Origin: Anaeromyxobacter sp.
GTDB taxonomy: Bacteria > Myxococcota > Myxococcia > Myxococcales > Anaeromyxobacteraceae
NCBI GenBank assembly: GCA_049840735.1
Contig: JASGJN010000010.1
Span: forward strand, 1-64,000
Direction of reading: 5' to 3'
DNA length: 64,000 nucleotides
A program made the translations under genes and the position numbers. The notes beneath the pieces were generated by a model. That model did no database searches and was not told where the DNA came from. It was given only the letters and a program-made list of their open reading frames with translations. This document shows, one piece after another, positions 56,787 through 64,000 of the stretch. Numbering within the stretch: the stretch's first letter is position 1; each line of letters starts with the position of its first letter.

Positions 56787-57545
56787 TCACAAACTGAACG
56801 TCCCCTTGATGCCCAGCTCCAGCCACTGGTGCAGGGCCCGGTCGTGGATGGCGACGTCGGTGGTGGTGAAGCCGGCGCCGCGGGCCTCGACCGAGGTGTA
56901 GGTCCCGAGCGACCAGGAGACGAACGGGCCGAGGGTGAACCAGCGCCCCAGCGCGAGGTCCAGCCCGCCCTCCAGCATCGGCAGCTCGAAGGCCGTGTAG
57001 GTCACCTCGCCGAAGAACGGGTTCCCGAGCGGGTCCACCAGCGTGGTGTCGGCCTGCAGCACCTCGACGCCGAGGCCCACGCCCACCCACGGATCCACCG
57101 GCGCCCCCGGGCGCAGGTGCAGCTGCAGGTCCACGCCGAAGCGCCAGTCGAACGCGTCGCAGCTCTGCCCTGGTGGGCAGTAGACGTCCGAGACGGTGGT
57201 GGGGGCCAGCTCGATGAAGACCCCGCCGCGGACCGCCGGGTTGAAGCGGTAGCCCAGCTCAAGCCAGATGGGGAGCTTGTGGTCGACGAGGTCGCCCAGG
57301 CGCGGATCGCCCTCGTCCGAGATGTCGCCGCCCGGCCACCCGTAGCCGAAGCGCGCACCCAGCGTGAGGCCGGTCGGTCCCGGTCCGGGCGGAGGGGGCG
57401 GCGGGCGCTGCGGCGGAGGCGCGGCCGGGCGGGCCGGCGCAGGCGCGGTGCCGCCGGGATAGCGCGGGTCGTACTGCGCAGCGGCCGACGCCGGCGCGAG
57501 GAGCAGGGAAAGGGCGGCGGCCAGCTGCAGCGAGCGGATGCGCAT
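56787..57545 (-). CDS. Outer-membrane beta-barrel protein
   Basis: Signal peptide, alternating strands (LELGYRF, DPWVGVGLG), C-terminal GIKGTFSL. Confidence 0.8.
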   Translation of the reverse strand: MRIRSLQLAAALSLLLAPASAAAQYDPRYPGGTAPAPARPAAPPPQRPPPPPPGPGPTGLTLGARFGYGWPGGDISDEGDPRLGDLVDHKLPIWLELGYRFNPAVRGGVFIELAPTTVSDVYCPPGQSCDAFDWRFGVDLQLHLRPGAPVDPWVGVGLGVEVLQADTTLVDPLGNPFFGEVTYTAFELPMLEGGLDLALGRWFTLGPFVSWSLGTYTSVEARGAGFTTTDVAIHDRALHQWLELGIKGTFSL

Positions 57546-57633
57546 GTGCCCTCCGGGGCGCTCACCCGGCCGCCCCGCGTGAGGCTCGGGGCGACCGGAG
57601 CGCTCCGGCGAGTCTACTGCGGCGCCGGCGCGG

Positions 57634-59205
57634 CTACTCGACCTTCATGCCGGGCGTCCAGCGGAGCACCGGCTTGCGCGCCGCCCGGGTCTCGTCCAGC
57701 CGCGCCCGGATCGCCCGCGTGGGGGCCGCCTTCACCGCGTCCGGGCTCGACCTGGCCTCGGCGGCGATGGCCTGCATGGCCTCGACGAAGGCGTCGAGCG
57801 TCTCCTTCGACTCGGTCTCGGTCGGCTCGATCATGAGCGCGCCCTGCACCACAAGCGGGAAGTAGATGGTGGGCGGGTGGAAGCCGTGGTCGATGAGCCG
57901 CTTCGCGACGTCCATGGTGGTGACGCCGTCGGTCTTCTGCGTCCGGTCGTCGAAGACCACCTCGTGCAGCGAGTCGGTCTCGTAGGGCAGGTGGAAGGCG
58001 TCCTTCAGCCTGGCCCGCAGGTAGTTGGCGTTGAGCACCGCCAGCTCGCCGGTGGCCCGCACGCCCTCGGGGCCGTACTCGCGGATGAGGGCCCAGGCGC
58101 GGGTGAACATCCCGAAGTTGCCCCAGAACTCGCGCAGCTTGCCGATGGTCTGCGGCCGCTCGGCGGGATCGGTCACCAGCCGGTAGGCCTGCCCCTCCTT
58201 CACCACCACCGGCAGCGGCAGGAACGGCGCCAGGGCCGCCTTCACCGCCACCGGGCCGGAGCCCGGCCCGCCGCCGCCGTGGGGCGTGGCGAAGGTCTTG
58301 TGCAGGTTGTACTGGATGACGTCGAAGCCCATGTCGCCCGGCCGGGCCACGCCCAGCAGCGCGTTCATGTTGGCGCCGTCGCCGTAGACCAGGCCGCCCT
58401 TGGCGTGGACGATCCCGGCGATCTCGGCGATGTGGCTCTCGAACACGCCCAGCGTGTTCGGGTTGGTGATCATGATCGCGGCCACGTCCTCGTCCATGGC
58501 GGCGCGGACCGTCTCCGGGTGGAGCCGCCCGTCCTCGCCGGACGCCAGCTGCACCACCGCGTACCCGTTGAGCGCGGAGGAGGCCGGGTTGGTGCCGTGG
58601 GCGGTGTCGGGGATGAGCACCTTCTTGCGCGGGTTGCCGCGCGCCTGGTGGTAGGCGCCGATCACCATCAGCCCGCACAGCTCGCCCTGCGCGCCGGCCG
58701 CGGGCGTGAGCGTGGTGGCGTCGAAGCCGGCGATCTCGCTGAGCGCCCGCTCCAGCCCGTACATCAGCTCCAGCGCCCCCTGGCAGAGCTCGGCCGGCGT
58801 GAGCGGGTGCAGCCCGGCGAACCCGGGCAGCCGCGCCAGGGCCTCGCTCGACTTCGGGTTGTACTTCATGGTGCAGGAGCCGAGCGGGTAGAACCCGGTG
58901 TCGATGCCGTGGTTCCAGCTGGAGAGGTGGGTGAAGTGGCGGACCACCTCCAGCTCGGACAGCTCCGGCAGCCCGTCCACCTCGGCGCGCAGCAGCGCCG
59001 CGGGCAGCTCCTGGGCGGGGTCGTGGGCAGGGTCGGCGGGCGGGAGCGACACGCCGGTGCGGCCGCGCGAGCCGTGCTCGAAGACCAGCGGCTCCTCGTG
59101 CGCCAGGCCGCGGACGGCGCCGCCCAGGCCGGTGGCCTCGGGGCCCGCCTGCGGCGCGGCGGCGTCCTTCTCCAGGGTGGGCTTCCAGCCGGTGGGGTTG
59201 GCCAT
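57634..59205 (-). CDS. gcvPB: Glycine dehydrogenase subunit 2
   Basis: YPLGSCTMKYNP, PAAGAQGE, AHGTNPAS, NLHKTF.TPHGGGGPG, MIEPTETES. Confidence 0.97.
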   Translation of the reverse strand: MANPTGWKPTLEKDAAAPQAGPEATGLGGAVRGLAHEEPLVFEHGSRGRTGVSLPPADPAHDPAQELPAALLRAEVDGLPELSELEVVRHFTHLSSWNHGIDTGFYPLGSCTMKYNPKSSEALARLPGFAGLHPLTPAELCQGALELMYGLERALSEIAGFDATTLTPAAGAQGELCGLMVIGAYHQARGNPRKKVLIPDTAHGTNPASSALNGYAVVQLASGEDGRLHPETVRAAMDEDVAAIMITNPNTLGVFESHIAEIAGIVHAKGGLVYGDGANMNALLGVARPGDMGFDVIQYNLHKTFATPHGGGGPGSGPVAVKAALAPFLPLPVVVKEGQAYRLVTDPAERPQTIGKLREFWGNFGMFTRAWALIREYGPEGVRATGELAVLNANYLRARLKDAFHLPYETDSLHEVVFDDRTQKTDGVTTMDVAKRLIDHGFHPPTIYFPLVVQGALMIEPTETESKETLDAFVEAMQAIAAEARSSPDAVKAAPTRAIRARLDETRAARKPVLRWTPGMKVE

Positions 59206-59207
59206 GG

Positions 59208-60545
59208 CTAGCTCCTCACCGACTTCGCGAAGAGGTCGATGAGCTCCGGGGAGTGGAGCTCGGTGGCGACGCAGAGCAGCGCGCCCTTCGCCCTCGGGTG
59301 ATCGGGGAACCAGCGGGCCAGCGGCGCGCCGGCCACCAGGCCGCGCCTCGCCAGCCGGGTCACCACCGCCTCGGCGTCGCCCACGTCGAAGGCCTGCTCG
59401 TTGAAGATCGGGCCGGTGAAGGCCGGCTTCACGCCCACCGCCGCCAGCGCCTCGCGCAGGCGGCGGGCCCGGGCGTGGTTGAGGCGGGCCAGGTCGGAGA
59501 GCCCCTTCCTGCCCAGCAGCGAGAGGTGGATGGTGGCCGCCAGCGCGCACAGGCCGGCGTTGGTGCAGACGTTGGACGTGGCCTTCTCGCGCCGGATGTG
59601 CTGCTCGCGGGTGGAGAGGGTGAGCACGAACCCGCGGCGGCCCTGCTTGTCCACGGTGGCGCCGCAGACGCGCCCGGGCAGCTGGCGCAGGTAGGCCTCG
59701 CGGATGGCGAAGAAGCCCGGGGCCGGGCCGCCGAAGCCCATGGGGTTGCCGAAGCTCTGGAAGGTGCCGACCGCCACGTCCGCGCCCAGCGCGCCGGGGG
59801 ACTGCAGGAGCCCCAGCGACAGGGCCTCGGCGGTGACCGCCACGGTCAGCGCGCCGGCCTTCTTCGCCAGCGCCGCCGCCTCGGGCAGCGCGTCCACCAC
59901 GCCCAGGAAGTTTGGGTAGCCGACGATCACCGCGGCCGTGTCTGCGTCCACCGCCCGCTCCAGCGCGGCCAGGTCGGTCCGGCCGTCGTCGCCGAAGGGC
60001 ACGGTGACCACGGCGTCGTGGGTCGAGCGCAGGTAGGTGGCGAGCACCTTGCGGTACTCGGGGTGGACCGCCGCGCTGACCACGATCTTCCTGCGGCCGG
60101 TCACGCGGGCGGCCATCAGCGCCGCCTCGGCGGTGGCGCTGGCGCCGTCGTAGAGCGAGGCGTTGGAGACCTCCAGGCCGGTGAGCAGGCAGACGAAGGT
60201 CTGCCACTCGAACAGCGCCTGGAGCGTGCCCTGCGAGATCTCCGGCTGGTAGGGCGTGTAGGCGGTGAAGAACTCGCCCCTGAGCAGCAGCTGGTCGACC
60301 ACCGGCGGCACGTGGTGCGGGTAGCAGCCGGCCCCGGCGAAGGGCGGGTGGCCCACCTCGTTGGCCGCCGCCAGCCGCCGGAACTCGGCGAAGAGGGCGA
60401 TCTCGTCCAGCGCCGGCGGGAGGTCGAGCGGCCGCTCCAGCCTGAGCTGCGGGGGGATGGAGCGGAACAGCTCGGGGACGGTCTTGGCCCCCACGACGTC
60501 CAGCATGGCGCGGACGTCCTCGGGGGTGTGGGGATGGTAGCGCAA
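59208..60545 (-). CDS. gcvPA: Glycine dehydrogenase subunit 1
   Basis: [44 protein letters not shown] start. Confidence 0.97.
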   Translation of the reverse strand: MRYHPHTPEDVRAMLDVVGAKTVPELFRSIPPQLRLERPLDLPPALDEIALFAEFRRLAAANEVGHPPFAGAGCYPHHVPPVVDQLLLRGEFFTAYTPYQPEISQGTLQALFEWQTFVCLLTGLEVSNASLYDGASATAEAALMAARVTGRRKIVVSAAVHPEYRKVLATYLRSTHDAVVTVPFGDDGRTDLAALERAVDADTAAVIVGYPNFLGVVDALPEAAALAKKAGALTVAVTAEALSLGLLQSPGALGADVAVGTFQSFGNPMGFGGPAPGFFAIREAYLRQLPGRVCGATVDKQGRRGFVLTLSTREQHIRREKATSNVCTNAGLCALAATIHLSLLGRKGLSDLARLNHARARRLREALAAVGVKPAFTGPIFNEQAFDVGDAEAVVTRLARRGLVAGAPLARWFPDHPRAKGALLCVATELHSPELIDLFAKSVRS

Positions 60546-60634
60546 GCGGCACCTGGGCCGCGCGGTCCCAGGGCTGCACGGCGGGCCCGGCGCGGCGGGG
60601 AAGGGGAGGCGGGCCGCCGGGGGCGGCCCACCGG

Positions 60635-61021
60635 TCAGTCCTGCTCCTCCACGAACGCCTGATAACCGCGCGCGTCGAGCAGGTCATCCCACTCACGGGG
60701 CTCGGAGGGCTCGATCACCACCATCCAGCCCTCCTCGTACGGATCCTCGTTCACGGTCTCGGGCGCGTCGGAGAGGGGGTCGTTCACCTCGACCACCTTG
60801 CCGGTGAGCGGCGCGAAGAGCTCGGAGACGGCCTTGGTGGACTCCACGACGCCGAACGACTCGCCCTTCTTGACGGTGTCGCCCACGGACGGCAGCTCCA
60901 GGTAGACCACGTCGCCCAGCTGGTCCTGCGCGAACTCGGTGATGCCGACCACCACGTTGCCGCCCTTGCGGCGGGCCCACTCGTGCTCGCGGGTGTACCG
61001 GAGATCCTCGGGGAAGTTCAT
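60635..61021 (-). CDS. gcvH: Glycine cleavage system H protein
   Basis: [29 protein letters not shown] (lipoyl Lys), VNEDPY..GW. Confidence 0.98.
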   Translation of the reverse strand: MNFPEDLRYTREHEWARRKGGNVVVGITEFAQDQLGDVVYLELPSVGDTVKKGESFGVVESTKAVSELFAPLTGKVVEVNDPLSDAPETVNEDPYEEGWMVVIEPSEPREWDDLLDARGYQAFVEEQD

Positions 61022-61035
61022 TCGGCGACTCCTGT

Positions 61036-62118
61036 TCAGCTGCGCGTGTAGAACGGCGTCTTGACGGCGCGCGCGGCGGCGGGCCGCCCGCGGATCTCGA
61101 TCGAGAAGGTGGAGCCCTCGGCGGCCAGCGCCGGCGGGACATAGGCCAGGCCCAGCGAGGTGCCCAGCGACGGGCTCCGGGTGCCGCTGGTCACCTCGCC
61201 CACCCGGCGCCCCTCCTGCAGCACGGGGTAGCCGTGGCGCGCGATGCCGGCGTCGGTGAGCACGAAGCCCACCAGCTTGCGGGCCAGCCCCTGCTGCTTC
61301 TGCCCGACCAGCGCGTCGCGGCCGATGAAGTCGCCCTTGTCCAGCTTCACCACCCAGCCCAGCCCGGCCTCGAGCGGCGTGGTCTCGTCGCCCATGTCCG
61401 AGCCGTAGAGCCGGTAGGCCATCTCCAGCCGGAGCGAGTCGCGCGCGCCCAGGCCGGCGGGCTGGAGCTTCTCGTGCGCGCCGGCCTCCATCAGCTCGCC
61501 CCACAGCCCGGCCGCGGAGCCGGGCGGGCAGAACAGCTCGAAGCCGTCCTCGCCGGTGTAGCCGGTGCGGGCCACCAGGCAGGGCACCCCCGCCACCTCG
61601 CCCTGGGCGAAGCGGTAGGAGCGCAGCGCGGAGAGGTTCACGTTGGTGAGCCGCTGCAGCAGCTGGGCGGCGAGCGGCCCCTGGACCGCCAGCTGGGCCC
61701 ACTCGTCCGACTCGTTGCGGACGTCGGCGCCGCCGGCGTGGCCGGCCAGCCACTCGAAGTCCTTCTGCCGGTTGGCGGCGTTCACGCAGACCAAGAGGTC
61801 GTCGGCGGCGCGGCGGTAGACCACCACGTCGTCGATGATGCCGCCGCTCTCGCGGCAGAGGCAGCCGTACTGGGCCTGGCCGTCGGCCACCTTGGAGAGG
61901 TCGTTGGTGAAGAGCCGGTTGAGCGCCTCGAGCGCCTTGGGGCCGCGGAAGACCACCTCGCCCATGTGCGAGACGTCGAAGATCCCGACTCGCTTCCGGA
62001 CCGCCTCGTGCTCCGCCAGGATCCCCTCGTACTGGACCGGCATGTCCCAGCCGGCGAACTCGACCATGCGCGCGCCGGCCTTCACGTGGGTGTCGTACAG
62101 GGGCGTTCGGAGGGCCAT
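61036..62118 (-). CDS. gcvT: Aminomethyltransferase (T protein)
   Basis: FAGWDMPVQY, FDVSHMGE, RTGYTGEDGFE, GLGARDSLRLE. Confidence 0.98.
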   Translation of the reverse strand: MALRTPLYDTHVKAGARMVEFAGWDMPVQYEGILAEHEAVRKRVGIFDVSHMGEVVFRGPKALEALNRLFTNDLSKVADGQAQYGCLCRESGGIIDDVVVYRRAADDLLVCVNAANRQKDFEWLAGHAGGADVRNESDEWAQLAVQGPLAAQLLQRLTNVNLSALRSYRFAQGEVAGVPCLVARTGYTGEDGFELFCPPGSAAGLWGELMEAGAHEKLQPAGLGARDSLRLEMAYRLYGSDMGDETTPLEAGLGWVVKLDKGDFIGRDALVGQKQQGLARKLVGFVLTDAGIARHGYPVLQEGRRVGEVTSGTRSPSLGTSLGLAYVPPALAAEGSTFSIEIRGRPAAARAVKTPFYTRS

Positions 62119-62160
62119 GGAGGTGCGCCTCTGGGGGGCGGCGGGGGGTGGGCGCGGCGG

Positions 62161-62188
62161 ATTGTACCGGGGTCGACCCGGGGGTCAA
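62161..62188 (-). promoter_or_regulatory. Sigma-70-type promoter of the gcv operon
   Basis: TTGACC-N16-TACAAT, 42 nt upstream of the gcvT ATG. Confidence 0.6.
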
Positions 62189-62288
62189 GCGTGGCCCGAG
62201 TGGGCCAGGTCCTGCCCAGTAAACGGGACCTTGGCCTAGTCGAGGAGGCCCCGGACCGCAAGCCGGAGCGGGCGCGTCCGGCCACCTT

Positions 62289-63383
62289 TCACTTGCAGGC
62301 CGTGGGCTCGCAGCGGCCCGCGCCGGCCGCGGCGCAGCAGTAGAGGGGGGCGCCGGCCGGCGACTCGAAGCGGTAGGACCAGCCGCTCGCCCCCACCTCG
62401 ATCACGCCGTGGCCCCACTGCGTCGAGCCGTAGAGCTGCGTGGCGCCGGCGCCGGCCACCTCGCCGAACCGCTCCAGCGGCCGGCCCCGGCTGCCGTTGC
62501 CGGAGATGAGCACGTCCAGGCCGCCCGCCATGCGCAGGTGCTGCAGGTCGTGATCGTGGCCGGCCAGGAAGGCGGCGACGCGGCCGGCGCCGGCGGCCAG
62601 CAGCCGGTCCATCGCGGCCTGGTAGGCGGCGGTGCCGACCTGATCGCGGTGATCGCCGGCGGTGGCGGGCGGGTGGTGGCCGACCAGGAAGCAGGTCCGC
62701 CCCTGGCCGCAGCCGCGCGCGGCCTCGGCCACGAAGGCGACCTCGTCGTCCAGGCGGAAGCCGCCGTAGCCGTCGTGCGCCACGAGGTTGGTGTCCACCA
62801 CGATGAAGCGGGCCGGGCCGCGGTCCACCACGTAGTGGCGGGCCGGCATCGACCAGGCCGGCGAGGCGTGGGCCACCTCCAGGCAGGCCTGGCGCCGCGC
62901 CAGGTCGCCGCCCGGGTCGGAGTCGCGGCAGCTCCAGACGTCGTGGTTGCCGAGCGCCAGGTAGATGGGCAGGCCGCGGAGCGGCGCCAGGGCCGCCTCA
63001 TGGCGGGCGAAGAGCGGGTCGTCCGGCGGGGTGAAGCCGGGCGCCACGGTGTTGTCGTCGGGGGCGAAGCGGCAGCCCTCGGCGCCGGCGACCGCCGGGT
63101 CCGGGCCGCACTCGTAGATGTTGTCGCCGGCGAAGAAGGCCAGCTCGAAGCGGGCGCGACGGTGGGCGGCGGCCAGCCCCTCGGCCACCTGCGCCTGCTG
63201 ACAGGTCGGGTCGCCGAAGTCGCCCAGGTGGAGCACGCGCAGGCGCGGCTCGGCCACCTGCGGCGCCGGGGTCGGGTCGAGCGCCGCGCCGCGCCGGACC
63301 GCGAAGGTGGGCGAGCCGCAGGCGCAGCAGCCCAGCGGCGCCGCCAGCGCCAGCGCCGCCAGCGCGAGCGCGGCGCGGCTCAC
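62289..63383 (-). CDS. Secreted metallophosphoesterase (purple acid phosphatase-like)
   Basis: GDFG, GDNIY, GNHD, GHHP, AGHDH; signal peptide; GTG overlaps the folD stop. Confidence 0.9.
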   Translation of the reverse strand: MSRAALALAALALAAPLGCCACGSPTFAVRRGAALDPTPAPQVAEPRLRVLHLGDFGDPTCQQAQVAEGLAAAHRRARFELAFFAGDNIYECGPDPAVAGAEGCRFAPDDNTVAPGFTPPDDPLFARHEAALAPLRGLPIYLALGNHDVWSCRDSDPGGDLARRQACLEVAHASPAWSMPARHYVVDRGPARFIVVDTNLVAHDGYGGFRLDDEVAFVAEAARGCGQGRTCFLVGHHPPATAGDHRDQVGTAAYQAAMDRLLAAGAGRVAAFLAGHDHDLQHLRMAGGLDVLISGNGSRGRPLERFGEVAGAGATQLYGSTQWGHGVIEVGASGWSYRFESPAGAPLYCCAAAGAGRCEPTACK

Positions 63384-64000
63384 CGGAGCGCCCGGCGCGC
63401 CCGGCGCGCCAGCTCCACGGTGTTCACGAGGAGCATGGCCCGGGTCATGGGGCCGACGCCGCCCGGCACCGGGGTGATGGCGGAGGCGCGGCGGGAGGCG
63501 ACCGCGAACTCCACGTCGCCCACCAGCTTGCCGTCGGCGCGCTTGTTCATGCCCACGTCGACGACGACCGCGCCCTCGCGGATCCACTCGCCCTTCACGA
63601 GCTCGGCCCGGCCGATGGCGGCCACCACCACCTCGGCGCGCCCCACCTCGGCGGCCAGGTCGGCGGTGCGCGAGTGGGCGACGGTGACGGTGGCGTGGCG
63701 CTCCAGCAGCAGCGCCGCCATGGGCTTGCCCACGATGTTGGAGCGGCCGATCACCAGCGCACGCTTGCCCTTCAGGTCGACCTTGGTCTCGTCCAGCATG
63801 CGGATCACGCCGGCCGGGGTGCAGGGGCGGGGCACGCCGGGGAGGCCGACGGAGAGGGCGCCCACGTTGAAGGGGTGGAAGCCGTCGGCGTCCTTGGCCG
63901 GGGAGATGGCGTTGAGGACCGCCTGCTCGTCCAGGCCCCTGGGGAGCGGCAGCTGGACCAGGATGCCGTGCACCGAGGGGTCGGCGTTGAGCCTGGCCAC
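63380..64000 (-). CDS. folD: Methylene-THF dehydrogenase/cyclohydrolase, 3' part
   Basis: [43 protein letters not shown]. Confidence 0.97.
   Translation of the reverse strand: MARLNADPSVHGILVQLPLPRGLDEQAVLNAISPAKDADGFHPFNVGALSVGLPGVPRPCTPAGVIRMLDETKVDLKGKRALVIGRSNIVGKPMAALLLERHATVTVAHSRTADLAAEVGRAEVVVAAIGRAELVKGEWIREGAVVVDVGMNKRADGKLVGDVEFAVASRRASAITPVPGGVGPMTRAMLLVNTVELARRARRALR

Noticed and set aside
62119..62288. Glycine riboswitch upstream of gcvT
   Set aside because: No aptamer motifs seen, and a good promoter lies only about 40 nt from the ATG.

Overview
High-GC chromosomal window, most consistent with an Anaeromyxobacter-like Myxococcota genome (inferred from gene content and rRNA, not from a database match). 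It opens with an rRNA operon (3' part of 16S, tRNA-Ile, tRNA-Ala, 23S, 5S). About 50 mostly housekeeping or signalling genes follow: MTAP, GH53, a TetR/RND pump, histidine kinases, map, slyD, a sigma-32-like factor, a DEAD-box helicase, prkA-yeaH-spoVR, mltG-yqgF, csp-infA, the glycine cleavage genes and folD. A decayed accessory region (about 20.6-25.5 kb) sits at the 3' end of tRNA-Asn. The best candidate for an undescribed system is an isolated two-gene unit at 49.6-51.2 kb: a protein with a T3SS needle/tip-filament-like C-terminus and a hydrophobic core, plus a SycD/LcrH-like TPR chaperone, behind a sigma-54-type promoter and two perfect tandem GGTCCG-N5-CGGACC palindromes. Other signals: nine of ten frameshifts in core genes are +1 insertions at GATC sites (probably methylation-linked read errors, not pseudogenes), a four-copy REP-like intergenic family, and frequent leaderless-type promoter architecture. 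All family assignments are by-eye motif recognition; no searches were run.
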